Source: Eledone cirrhosa (lineage: Eukaryota). Taken from it: a stretch of 64,000 nt of DNA. The stretch's first letter is position 1. Each line of letters starts with the position of its first letter. The notes beneath the pieces were generated by a model. It was given only the letters and a program-made list of their open reading frames with translations, had not been told where the DNA came from and searched no databases. Where the stretch lies: NCBI GenBank assembly GCA_964016885.1, contig OZ024755.1:29636001-29700000 (forward strand), in the 5' to 3' direction. A program made the translations under genes and the position numbers. Below, one piece after another: positions 18,593-32,740 of this stretch.

Positions 18593-18595
<3 letters not shown>
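17172..18595 (+). mobile_element. Possible non-autonomous Helitron/Helentron-like element (interrupted)
   Basis: Starts ctagcagaatggcccggcattgctcggg (subterminal hairpin) and has a distal aagtttgaagtcaatcgg core reminiscent of DINE-1/HINE-type elements. Boundaries are uncertain. Confidence 0.35.
18155..18205 (-). ncRNA. Hammerhead-like RNA with CAGAAGA core
   Basis: agttt CAGAAGA t tcc gttaa ggg t GAAA gca gcgaatctt tgc TT aaact. A second copy is at 45991-46041. Confidence 0.6.
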
Positions 18596-18656
<61 letters not shown>

Positions 18657-18663
<7 letters not shown>

Positions 18664-18905
18664 ATACTTTGGGAGGGTCATGTTGCCAATAAGAAACACA
18701 CGCACCAGTTGCTTTCACTTCAATTTATTATAATAAATTTATAAATTTAGGAATTTATAAATTTCCGGTTGGTTGGCTGGTTCCACAACCAGATGATTGT
18801 TTATATATTGTCAAAGTTGTTCCGTCACATATTCTGTGACCTCTTCAGTGACTGGGGATTCTTTTCGTGCCTCTTCTTTGTTCTGTCCTACGCCATCTTG
18901 TTTTT
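18657..18905 (-). mobile_element. Family A-related PLE 3' end with decayed hammerhead (~18810-18853)
   Basis: Homologous to 21575-21806; GAAA is mutated to GGAA. Confidence 0.7.
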
Positions 18906-18921
18906 GTATATATATATATAT

Positions 18922-19274
18922 ATAGTTATACTTGGGGAGTGTCATATTGTTGTAATACTATTGCCAGAAATAATAACAGAGCACACTCACTGTTTTGTTG
19001 GTTTTCGCTTCTGTATCTCCACAGTTAATTCATTTGGTCCTCAATGTTTATCATTGTCTGACTAACGGTCAAAAATACAGATATAATATAGATATAAACA
19101 CATATATATAGTCTAACAACGTTCTTTCGTTGCACATCTGCAACATCATCTGTGGTTCTATTATGTTCCTCCTATTGTATTGTATGTCTACGCCATTTTT
19201 ATTTTATCTGTTTATTTATTTATTTATTTTTGTATTCTTCTCTGCGCAGGCGTTTGCGTGTGTGATTAGTGTTT

Positions 19275-19341
<67 letters not shown>

Positions 19342-19831
19342 TCGCGTTTGGGTGACTGTGTTTTGGTTATTGTATTCTATCTTAGTTTACCAGTGTGTGT
19401 TTGTATGTGTTTGTTGTTATTGTGTATATATTTATTTATTCATTTATATTTCTCTTATGTCAGTATTGTATGTTTGGGTGTTCTTGGGTACTTGCAGAAA
19501 CATGACAACAACATACACAGGCGAGACAGCCCGGAGCATAGGAGAAAGGATAGACCAAAACTGGGGGGAACTAAAGGGACGAAAAAACGGTTCAGTACTA
19601 TACGAACACGCCAGACAACAACATGACGGTAACATAAACATAGAAATTAAAATATCTAAACATTGGAATGACCCAACAGGTTGGCAAATCAGAGAGGCAA
19701 ACCAAATAGAGCTTAGAAAGCCAAAGCTAAACAGAAAGAATGAATGGAATAACAACACCCAAACAAACAATACTGACTTAAGAGAAATATAAATAAATAA
19801 ATAAATAAATAAATATATACACAATAACAAC
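18922..19831. mobile_element. Truncated PLE: GIY-YIG fragment (+, ~19500-19792) with an inverted 3' UTR arm extending left to ~18922
   Basis: TYTGETARSIGERI..SVLYEHARQQH..QIREANQI..KLNRKNEWN is a PLE-type GIY-YIG C-terminus. 19412-19483 is inverted relative to 19753-19831. The left arm continues into family A sequence. Confidence 0.75.
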
Positions 19832-20809
19832 ACGTTTATTAACAAGGCTTGTGTCTATCTCAGGCTAACAGAAAAGGCATCTATGATATACCACACATTG
19901 GAATTTAAACCGTCTCCATGCAATTTCGGAACGAATATTTTACCCGTTCGATAAATCTTCGACGAGGAAATACTGTAACTCAGACAATAATATTTGATAA
20001 TCCCCTTTATTAGACATTAGGGGTTTATTTAGAAGATATCTGTGTGCCATTTCTATCAGATCGAAGAGCCACATTTAGTCTCTGTTCCATTCGGTCAATA
20101 TCGTAAAGTAGAAACCTATTCGACAAGGAAAGGCTTACGTTACATGCTTGTTTCCAGTTCAATGCAACAAACATCCAAAATATGCAATAGACTGATTGAT
20201 TATGGATTGATGGATAATTAGTACGTTGAATGGACTAAATCGATATATACTTTCTATAAACGCAATAATTTGAAATTAATCCCCGTAATTCAGTCTCAGG
20301 TAAGATCATTCGAAGTATGATAGGAACAACAACCAATGACACATATTGTTTCTCCACTACAATAGATACTTCTCAGAATAGATTACAGTAATACATAGGG
20401 AAATTTAATACCACGTTATGATATAAGTTTACAAGTAGCATTAAATGAAGTGAAACAAAATGTACTGATAGATAGACAAGCAGTTGATTATTCGTGATTA
20501 TTCGAAACGGTATTAAGATGAATTGTTTCCAATACAATTGATTTCAAACGGTTCAATAGCCATCCGCAGATTGCTATTTAATGAACCCAGAATTAACCAA
20601 TATTCACGATTGGATGATTGAAATGAGATACCACTAGCAGTAAACGGATATTCTTTTGTGATCCTTATTGCTATAATTCTAAATGTGTTGCAGAACTTAT
20701 AAATGGTCACTCTTAACTCGTTTCTCATGTCTTCCCCTTACCATCTTCGCGCTTCCTCAGTTTCTGGTCATTCTGCTATATCTCCTATTCGGCTTGTATT
20801 TATATAATA

Positions 20810-20915
20810 CAGAGGGTACCAAAGTGGGCGCTACCACACCCCGGGGGGGGGGGGGGGGCGTTGAAAAGGTCCAAGGGGCACTGTTGAGAAGGCCTAAGGG
20901 GGCGGTAGAGATGAT
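20810..20915 (+). mobile_element. Possible hAT transposon terminal fragment
   Basis: cagagggtaccaaagtgggcgctaccacacccc...gggggcg resembles hAT termini. No partner TIR was identified. Confidence 0.35.
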
Positions 20916-21251
20916 ATAATAATATATTTAATATCAAATGATACATATTATATATAAAATAAAAAATATATAATATTTATTTATACATCGTATATATATA
21001 TATATAACACATTGTTTAGCTCTAGTTTTCTTAACTATTGGAGCGCTTGCCAGCATTTCTACAATTTTGCGTTTCGTTTCGCTTTTTCTACCAGCCGGAA
21101 TACGATTCTCGCTGAATTTATATTTGTTTTAATCTCCCGAGTCTTACAATTAACCTGTTAATAATTTTATTGACAGATTAATTCCATAAGTTTATTTTTA
21201 AATATTGTTATACCCGGTCAATATTTGTTTATAAAACTGATCTATATTATA

Positions 21252-21312
21252 TTTTATCTGATGAAAGCGCACCATAATTTGCTTTGGTGTCCTTGAAATA
21301 TGTATAATGAAA
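21252..21312 (+). ncRNA. Type I hammerhead ribozyme
   Basis: ttttat CTGATGA aagcgcacca taatttgctt tggtgtcctt GAAA tatgta TA atgaaa. Confidence 0.7.
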
Positions 21313-21355
21313 AAAATATGGTTTTATAAATATAGCTTCCATATGTTAATATATA

Positions 21356-21399
<44 letters not shown>

Positions 21400-21425
21400 T
21401 ATATATATTATATATATATATATAT

Positions 21426-21518
<93 letters not shown>

Positions 21519-21708
21519 CGTTTCTGAATTTGTTTAGCAAGATTCTTTATCTGAAAACGTGTGTTGAAACCGATATTGTTATGCTTTGGGAGGGTCATGT
21601 TGCCAATAAGAAACACACGCACCAGTTGCTTTCACTCCAATTTATTATAAATTAAATTTATAAATTTCCGGTTGGTTGGTTCCATAACCGGACAGTTGTT
21701 CATATATT

Positions 21709-21751
21709 GTCAAAGTTCTTTCGTCACACATTATGTGACCTCTTCAGTGAC
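21709..21751 (-). ncRNA. Minimal type I hammerhead ribozyme (family A variant, within element ~21530-21806)
   Basis: gtca CTGAAGA g gtcaca taatg tgtgac GAAA gaac TT tgac. Confidence 0.8.
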
Positions 21752-22309
21752 TGGGGATTCTTTTCTTTGTTTTGTGCCTCTCCTTTGTTGTCCTATGCCA
21801 TCTTGTTATATATATATATATATATATATATATAAGAGAGAGAGAGATGTGTGTACGTAATAAATTTTAAGACAAATGAAGGACAAAGAAACATTGGTCA
21901 AGAGAGTGTCGTTCCTCTTAACGTAAAGTAAACGATTCGATCCTATCTCAGTTGAAACTGACCACCGATAGGCATCCCATAATGTTTCATCTCTTTGGTT
22001 ACCTGACAAATTGGTAGCAGGTGATTCGTCAAGATACTGCAACCTCTGATTCACAGGCATGCGATTTTCTCATTTTCTAATTTTTATTTCTACTACAACA
22101 CCTGCTCCATACGTTTCACTTATAAGCCACTTTCATTAAGGATATTCCGACTCAGTGTTCTATTGTCTAATTGCCAGCTATCGTTTCTTCACCACCAGCA
22201 TATATCCACTTAAATAACATCTACCAAATTCAACTCAAAATCAATGACATCCCTGTGAACTGTCTTCCCTGCACACATATACACATACACGCGCGCATAA
22301 ATATATATT

Positions 22310-23130
<821 letters not shown>

Positions 23131-23135
23131 TATGA

Positions 23136-23816
23136 ACTTTTTTTAGTTATTGCTCGCACCAACCTGAGGTATCTGATTTTTAATGCGATGAAATACCAAT
23201 AATGGTTGGAAAATCACTGACGAAGGACTATTTTTATCATATGTAACCCATGTGCAAACCACGCAGTATTCTTCTTTCTTCTCATGTTTTTTATATATAT
23301 TTACTTCGGCTGTGTTTGTCTGTTTCTCTCTTACTGCTTCCCCGCTCTCTCTGTTTCTCTCACGTTCTTTCGCCCCCTCTGTCAGTTACACTTCCTCTCG
23401 ACTGACCTCTTCCTCAAACTTCCACTCACTCACTCTCTGTTTCTCCCCTTCTCACTTCCTCCCGTTTGGCTTGTGTGGGTCTCTTCTTGCTCACATCTCA
23501 CACACATCAACACGGTCTGTACCTATCTCGCTCATGAAATCCACCCAGCTTATGCTGACCGGACAACCATGTTGCTTGTTTATTTTCCTATCTTCGGTTT
23601 GCTTTTATCCTTCTATGTTGTTTACTTGTCCCCCTCGCCTTACGCGATTTCTGGTCCCAATAACTTTTCTTAGTTATTGCTCGCACCAACCTGAGGTATC
23701 TGATTTTTAATGCGATGAAATACCATTGATGGTTGGAAAATCACTGACGAAGGACTATTTTTATCATGTGTAACTCATGTGCAAACCACGCAGTATTCTT
23801 CTTTCTTCTCATGTTT
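23136..23816. mobile_element. Small element with ~155-bp direct terminal repeats around a CT-rich core
   Basis: 23136-23289 closely matches 23662-23816; flanked by (AT)n. Confidence 0.65.
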
Positions 23817-24170
23817 ATATATATATATATATATATAGGTTTGTTGGTTCACCATCCTTTCTTTCTTTCTTCCCTTTTTTCTTTGACGGAGAGGTGGTAG
23901 TGCATTATAAGCCTTCGCCCCCTCACCAGATGTTCATTAGTAGATTCAGTTGCCAGCACCTTGAGGGCGACTGGCCGAGGTAAAGGCAGCTAGTTGGTCA
24001 GTCGGCCTCTTTGTCTCTGTCTCTGATTTTTCGGACCCATGGTTTTTTTAAATATTCCTTTGTTATATTCCAATACCTGATGATATCATCGGATTCATAT
24101 GGAACCCGGTCATTGAAATGATCATAGTATAATAAACCTTTCAAGGATTTACACCAGTCCAGCCTCCTGT

Positions 24171-24256
<86 letters not shown>

Positions 24257-26217
24257 ATGTATCATATATATATATATATATATATATGAACACAGCATAT
24301 ATATGTGAAGGTATGTATATTTCCTCTGATAGTTTGTAATATTTTTACATAGATCTATATGATATACATACCAACACACATATATATCCTAGAAACGATC
24401 GTAAAATGATTAATTTTTGAATATAAGGAACTTGTTCTTTGTTTTTATTCATTGTTTTTATTAATTTATATATATATATATATAAATATATATATATAAG
24501 TCTGTTTATGTATCATATATATATATAAAATATCTGAATTTGCCAATTATATGTTCTTTTTTTTCTTCATTACTAAAAAATCAACTTTTCTTTACACATA
24601 GAAATGCCATTTCTGCTTACATTTCTTCTCTATTTCTTTTATCTAAAATTCAAGTCCACACTTTTATTCTCCAATTTAAAATTAACAACCTGTGTTTTCG
24701 TTTATTTCATTTTCCAATTAAATTTATTTCTATGTGTTTAACGAATGTTACTACACTTAAAATCATGACACATTCCATTCAATCTATTAGTCAAATAATT
24801 GGAAAGGCAATATGTCCAAAATTCTAATTGGGCTACAATTGTACAGCTGTCTCATTCATCATCATCTTCAATAAATTTACCATTTTAATTCAGCACCAAA
24901 TAAAATAAAGAAAATCCTGACTTAATATGGAAAAAATAAATGAATAAATGAAGCAAAGAAGATTGAGTCGTTTAAGAACTTTCAAAAATATATTTTGCCG
25001 CATTACTAGATTATGGCGTTTTGTGAAATGATTTTACATTTCATTTAAAGGGTCTTTCTTGCAAATAAAAATTCATCTTTTCCTTAGTTAACTTCCCTTG
25101 GCGTGTTTAAACGCTTAATGAAGCCACTAAGCTTCAATTACCCAATCAACACAATTGGTGACATCTCGAAAACTGCCACTTATAAAGAAAGAATTTACGA
25201 CATCAAACAAATAAAAGCTAACATACACAATATATTTTAAAGTATTGGCATGCTATTGGGTCGTCAGGTATGTAATTTGTAGATAGGCATATGGTCGTAA
25301 GCTTTTATTCTATAAATTTCATACTTGACGACTCAATATATATTTATCAAACGTTTCCTGCTCGGTTGTGAAATCTTATTGCCTATCATGCAGCTCGTCT
25401 CTTGTAGACGAGAATCACCATTGATATTGCCTGTATTCTACACCCACACATATCAATATTTTAGACCACAAATCGTGTTTCAGCCGTAGTGGTTCCGTAC
25501 TCGGCTCTTTAAACATGGCAAAACCCATCACTCTGCCCGTGGGAAAACAAAGATTAAAAGAAAGAGGAAAAGATAGAGGACAAATATTTCCCAGGACTGG
25601 AATGGTACTTTATTTATCGACCTCTAAAAGATTAAATACAAACTTGTTCTAGGCGGGATTTAAACAGGGATTACTGTGCACCAGAACAACGACCTAAGAA
25701 CTCTGCCAATCTCCACCTCATATATATATATTAAATTATAAATGCGCGGAAATAATAGACAAAAATATTCTTATTTTTTCTTCAATTTCGCCCATTTTCT
25801 CGCAGCAATCTTGCACTAGAAATGTGCACCATCGCTGTGAGGTTAAAATTCTTATTTAGAGACCCCTCAATTTAAAGGATTGTTTCTTGATCCGACCGTT
25901 AAAAGTGAATAATTCTCGGGAGGGAGCAATTATCACATGATACAGCGGTCGCAGATGAGAGGTGAAAGCAGGACATTTAGCGAGTATCATATCTGCTGGA
26001 AAAAGTTATTTTCTAGCATAAACTTGTTCCATACCATTGGGTGATATTTTAATGTTCTCGGATCTAAGAGTCCGGAAAATGACGTATAACATATATTATT
26101 TAATTCGAGTTGCATCAGCGTTGAAATAATTCCCTTAGAAAAGAACACAGTATCAACGTGTAAAGGTATTGCAATGTCTTCTTCGATAATTATCTCCGAT
26201 ATCACTTGTTAATCTGA

Positions 26218-28645
26218 GAGAGTTACATCTAATGTCCTTAAGCAATTCATTTTCGGTTGCTAATTCATTTCGAGAAATCAACAAAATCACTGGTTAATAT
26301 TTCGGATGAGATCACAAGTTTGGTCTTAGAAAAACTTACATCTTCTTGAGGGGAGTGTGAAGGTCTCACTTCAGACTCCATTCCAGACATGTGAGAAACT
26401 TCATGGATTTTTCTACATCTATAGACATGGAAGAATTCACAAAATGCTTTCACATTTTATGGCATTTTCTCAATAATTCATAATCATTTGAACCGACGCT
26501 ATACTGAACATGAAAAGTTTGACATTTAACCAATAAATTGAGAAAGCATTTCAACGGTCCTGGTAAGCATTTTGCTGAGCTCTACGTTGCGTTTCGTGCA
26601 ATCAAACAGTTCAAACTTGTCACCTATCTTAGTATTGAACAGCCCCCGTCAAAAGTGTACACGTATAGATATGGTGAAGTGTATTTGTAGACTGGCTGGC
26701 TCTCAACTATCAGCAGCAGCGCGTACATTTTAGTTGAATAGGTTAACTACAGTACGTTAAAGGAAGAAACATCCAGTGATTATATGATAAGAACTCATAT
26801 ATGTTCCTCTTTTTATTTTTTGTTAAATTTTCCTATTTTATTGTTAGATCTGCACTTTTTTTTGCGATTCTTAAATGTTTTTGTATAGCATTTCTCTCTG
26901 TTTGTCATCATCGACTTCATCATGCAATGTTATACTAGACCTTAATGCATCTCACCACCACCTTTACCCCGCTGCGTCAGTTTTGACCTTCAAATATTTG
27001 GAAACTTCTAATTAACTTATTCAATATCCACTGAATATAAACAATCCTGCTAATAATAGCTCTTCTGTTGATATGTTGAAGCATTTTGGAACTCGAAAAG
27101 AAAACAAAATATTAATCATTTCGGATGTTTGTTAGTGTGTTAGTCTCGTTATATAAAGCATTATACAAATATTACTGATGCGGATACAAACTACATTGAG
27201 TTCCGTCATTCGTAGAAATAAAAACCTGGCAATGATCTGTGTATCATTTCGGATAACTCTCGTAACACTGTGCAAATGTTTTTAACAAATACTTGTGCCA
27301 AACCCAATCAATAGAAACTAAAATAAGATGAACAAATACAAATATATTTTCTAGATGAAATGAAAATCAATCGCGAACGTTAAAATAATTTGAGATGGTT
27401 AGAAATTGCAAATATTTGTCTAGTCTAGTTTAATTTCTCAAAATTTATTTGTTCCTTTTTTGTTCATATCGTAAAGAAATTACTGCAAATACTGAATTGA
27501 AAGAAGATTTAAATGCATTTTGACATCACCTTAGTCACAGTAGTAAAACAAACATTATACATAAAAACCTGTTTGCTTTGGACATATCAGAAACATACGC
27601 CGTGTTCATCATATGCTCCTCCACAAAATATTTAGAAATAAAAAATATAACTTTGAAGAGAAAACATAAAAATTATACCAATTTCATAAATGTCTTGTGT
27701 GATATTGAAATATTGTCCGTCAACCTCTAACGTGTTGCTATTTTAACATTACATGTACAACAGTGTTTTAAATGCAGTTACAGAATTAATCAGTTTCCCC
27801 GAACGAATCTTCAAGAACAGAAACTCTCACCGGAGAAGTAATTATTATGTTTCTTTGTGTTGTTTGAATAAATCACGAGGTTTACGTTTCTCTAATTTGC
27901 TAGAGGCAATTTAGAATTTTTTAGGGAATTGTAACACTTCTATAATTTATTCATAGGAAATTGAGATGTTTCTATCTAACAGTGCTCGCTGCCATCGCTT
28001 AGAGGCACCTCTTAACTTTATTCATACGTTTGAGCTTTTGTTTAACTACCTAGCAGCTGTATTGTTTCGGAGGCATTTCTAAGCGTATCTATATGGCAGA
28101 ATAGGGATAGACTTATTTTCCTGTGCAACTATGTTGAATAACCAGAATAATTATTTCTACTTTTGGCACAAGGCCAGCAATTTTAAGAGAAAGGAAAAGT
28201 AAATTAAATCAACATCAGTGCTTTACTAGTGCGTTATTTTCTCGACTCCATAAGAGTGAAAAGAATAGCCAACCTCAGCATGATTTGAACTCAAAACAAA
28301 GATCGTAACTAGAATAATAACAATATTACTTGTGAATCGGATAGAGTTACATCTAATGTCCTTAAGCAATTCATTTTCGGTTTCTAATTCATTTCGGGAA
28401 ATCAACAAAATCACTGGCGAATATGTCGGATGAGATCGCAAGTTTTGTCTTTGAAAAACTTGCATCTTCTTGAGGGGATATGAAGATCTGATTGCAGACT
28501 CCATTCCATTCATGTGAGAGACTTCATGGATTTTTCTGCATCTATACACATGGAAGAATTCACAAAATGTTTTCCACATTTTCTGGCATTTTCTCAATAA
28601 TTCGTCGCCCCGATAATTCATAATCATTTCAACCGACGCTAGACT
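26218..28645. repeat. ~290-bp dispersed direct repeat (26218-26505 and 28342-28645)
   Basis: gagttacatctaatgtccttaagcaattc...aaccgacgcta is shared, and the track shows parallel ORFs (CEFFHVYRCRKIHEVSHM). Confidence 0.9.
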
Positions 28646-29309
28646 AACTATCTAAGTTTTATTCTTCAACTACCATTGTTAAATTATTAAGTTCTGCCGC
28701 TTCGGTTCTGTTCGGGAGTCGTTTCCAGATTCATTGAAAACATAATTGCGAGAATCCTACATGAAACCCTAAAATGTCCAGTTAAACCATAATATAGTTG
28801 ATATGTCGGTTATGCTTGAATAAATATTTATACAAATTTGTCCTCTCCATCCTCCGTATGCAACTTGAAAAATGTGTTAATATTAAAATTATAACAATGC
28901 GATGTCTACAAGAAAATGATTTGTCTTTTGCCGGAGGCATCAGTCTAGACTTAATTATCAGCTATAAGCTACAATTATGATTGTATCATATATTTCTTTC
29001 TTCCAAAAATGAATACCTCATTCACCATATATCTATTTACATTACATCCATTCCTCGAGTTGTTGATCCATTTCGACCGTCAAATCGTTGTTCTCTAGAT
29101 TAGCCTAAATATCAAGCATATTTTAAATCCATATTTTGCGTTTCTTTGTCTTCTACTTCTCCTCCTCCTCCTCCTCCACTGCTGCTTCTTCCTTCTCCTC
29201 CACTTATTCCTTCTCCCTCTTCTTATTCTCTCTCTTCCTCTTCTTCTACTCCTCCTTTTTCTTCTTCGTCCGTCCTCAAAAACTCCTCCCACCAGATCCT
29301 ATCAGAAGC

Positions 29310-30040
29310 AGACGCCTCCAATAGATCAGGTTAGATCCCCAAGCGAGACCAGCCAAGCACATGGATGTTATCCAATTATCTTGCTCGGAGTGTACTCCTT
29401 GGATTCATGCAAGTTAGTTTTGCCCGTAAAACCTGTCAAGCGATTCTTTTGTGAGACCTTCTAACCACATGCCCATAGTATCCGAGTGTCTCACTTTTCG
29501 CAACATTGATTTTCATTCCAGCCGTGCAGCACTCGGCATCGAACCTATCAAGTGCAAGTTGAAGATCATCTTCTGTCGACTTAAGTAACACCCGCCAGTC
29601 TTGATACCATTTCCAAGACGGCTGTAAATGTCAATACGGTTCATGCATATAATATACAGGGCAGGTGACATTATGCCGAAATCCGACACCCACATTGAAT
29701 GGTTTCGATCTGGCACCATTTATCCTAATACACATACTAGAGAATGTAGTTAGAGAGATCGGGGCAACAAGAAGCTGACCATCGATAGTATTATTCTACA
29801 CAACCTTCGACAACAGGCCCCGAGGAACGCGATCATGTGGCTTTTCAACGTCGACAAAACAAGAATATACGTCTTGGCAATACTCCCACGATTTCTCGAA
29901 AACCTGCCCCATTGTGAATATTTAGTCGGCCCGTGCTGTATCCAGGGTGAAAACCACACTGCTCATCATCTAGCTCGGGCTCGACAATCTCCCTGCATCT
30001 GTTGCCAGACACTTAGCAAAGACTTTAACGGGGAGGCTTA
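29310..30040 (-). mobile_element. Degenerate RTE LINE fragment
   Basis: Minus-strand remnants GPTKY..VDVEKPHDRVPR..MSPALYIICMNRID..GYYGHVVRRSHKRI, with a purine-rich tail at 29150-29270. Confidence 0.55.
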
Positions 30041-31576
30041 ACAAGGAGATCCCTCTGTAATTGGAGCAATCTCTCTATAAAAATTGAGATTATCACTCGC
30101 GATTGCCATTGTTTAGGTTTATTTCTCGCTATCTAGGCCACCCGGCAGATAAGAGTCATCCAGAGAACACCTTCTTTATTTAAGGCGTTGATACCATCCA
30201 CTGTAAATCTCTTTCGTGGATTCTAATGATTAGGGGCAATACGACAGGAATAAAGATGAAATTTGTATAAACTATATCAATTTATATTACTAATCACCAC
30301 ACCTAAATTGATCCATCCCCTCTAATGTAAGCTGTTTAACAGACATAATATACATCTAAGCAAATGTATAATCTGGTTTATACTCCACGATTTCCTCATC
30401 AATACACAATCACTTCATTACCACCCAACGAATACTGTTGTTCAATTTCATTATTCTAATATTACGTTAATGTTCTTTGTTCCATTAAATTCAATATATA
30501 TATATAAAGAAGTATGGTTTGTTGTGTGTGCGCGCTCCTGTGTGTGTATTGCGTACTAGAATTATGAAATAATGTTAATTTTTGTTTATTATGGTAGCTA
30601 AACTTAATAATTAAAACAACATGGTAGGTAGATTTTCATTAAAAACTGCAAATAATTGATGCATATATATGTGTGGTTGTGTGTATGTATATGTATGTAA
30701 TGTGTGTATGTCAGAGAGAGAGAGAGAGAGTGCGTGTGTGTGAGCGTGTGTGTATGGATGTGTGTGTGTGTAGATCATTAAAAACTGCAAATAATTGATG
30801 CATATATGTGTGGTTGTGTGTATGTATATGTATGTAATCTGTGTATGTCAGAGAGAGTGAGTGTGTGTGTGTGAGCGTGTGTGTATGTATGTGTGTATGT
30901 ATGTGTGTATGTGTGTATGTGTGTATGTGTGTATGTGTGTATGTGTGTATGTGTGTGTGTGTGTGTGTGTATGTGTGTATGTATGTATGTATGAATACCA
31001 CGTGCATTTGTATGTGTTATTCGGTAAATGAGTTTTTATTTGTAATTAATAGATTAAAAAATCCTACAAAAATAAGGAAGATTAAGATATGAATTTCTGA
31101 AAAGAAAGTTCAGTATGTCGCAAGGATTTTCAGAAACACCAGTGTAATTCATATAAAGATTGTGGTGAAAGGAGGTTTCCAATATACTATATAATTAATT
31201 TATGGATTAATTGATTAGTTGTTCAATTATTTTCGTTTCGAATGGTGAATATCGAGGCGATATCCTGATTAGCAGCCTATCATTATCTTATGAAAAGTTT
31301 ACTGAAATTAATAAATAATCGAAGAATTTAGCAAATTCAAAAAAGAAAGAACGGAAAAATACATTAATTGGATATTATTGCTTGCTATGTTTCGTTCTGC
31401 TGAGAGAGGTCTCGTCTTTGGGGGAAACAAGACCACAATACATTTTCCATAATGACGGTAAAGCGTTTTTTTTTTTTTTTGTAATATAAATTTTTCTCGT
31501 GGCTCTAAGATTCTATGGATAATTGTGAATTTTAGAAATTTCCGTTAACTACCGCCATAACATTAACACACACACC

Positions 31577-31613
<37 letters not shown>

Positions 31614-31718
31614 GAGTGTGTGGGGGGTATTAGAGGTAAACAGAATTAACAAAAATAACAAATCAAACGGCACATTACATGACAGAAATATATTAGTTTA
31701 ACGCTTGAAATAACAGGA

Positions 31719-31785
<67 letters not shown>

Positions 31786-31973
31786 GAGAGAGAGAGAGGG
31801 GGAGAGAGAGAGAGAGAGATATACACGGGTGTGTATGATTGTGTATAGAAGATTATATTAATAAGAGGAATTCCAAGTTTGTCGGATTTACTCGTTTTAT
31901 TTACAATCCTTTAAAATTTATAATGGTATCATAATGAAATAGTATGGTAGAATATTAAATTTTAAGTGTTAAT

Positions 31974-32012
31974 TGAACAAGTACTTTCATGCTTTCGCAA
32001 TCTTCAGGTTCA
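31974..32012 (-). ncRNA. Minimal type I hammerhead ribozyme (39 nt)
   Basis: tgaac CTGAAGA t tgc GAAA gca t GAAA gtac TT gttca. Perfect helix I, GNRA-capped helix II, palindromic helix III aagtactt. Confidence 0.85.
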
Positions 32013-32070
32013 TAATATGTGGTGACAGTCAAGTTTGCAATTTCCAACTGAAAATTGCAAACTTGACTGA

Positions 32071-32185
32071 GGATGAAAGGCAAAGTTAACCTCGGCGGGA
32101 TTTGAACTCAGATCATAAAGGGACGTAACTATGCTTCAAAGCATGGTGTCCGACTCTCTACCGATACTGCCAATCCATCGCCCCC
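32071..32185 (-). mobile_element. tRNA-derived Nin-domain SINE (partial)
   Basis: A-box tggcagtatcgg, B-box gagttcaaatcc and gcctttcatcct on the minus strand. Confidence 0.8.
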
Positions 32186-32699
32186 GACAATCCACCGACT
32201 GTCGACAATAATATAGAGAAATACAGGAAACCTTTAAGGCTAAACATAAATAAACTAATTGTAATTCCATTAATACAAAAAGCATAGTGAAATATTCAAC
32301 ATTGTAACGCTGGTGAGGTGGAAAAATTTAAACTTTTATCTAAACATGTTTGACAATGGCTAACAATAACTAGTTCTCCTAGTCGCCGAACCTGCGAACA
32401 AAAGTGAGAGAAACTACGAAAGATTTCAAGATTGCAAGAAGCGGAAAGAGAGAGAAAAAACAGTAAGCGAACATAGAAAAGAGCAGTAAGGTCACGTAAA
32501 TAAAATCACGTTGTATGGCGAAGTTGTGTATTGGGAAGATTGTACGGGGGTTGCTTTGTCGGGTTGCTGTGTCCTTTTGGACTACGAGATGGATTTCTAA
32601 GGGTTGAATCTACGTCCTGTATACTCAAGGTCGCTGGGTACTTTCATTCGTTTCTAAGATTGATTCAGAATAGCTTTGAACCGCACCACACTACCAAAC

Positions 32700-32740
<41 letters not shown>

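Noticed and set aside
23212-23270. CTGACGA motif as a hammerhead core
   Set aside because: No convincing helix II, GAAA or helix III arrangement could be built.
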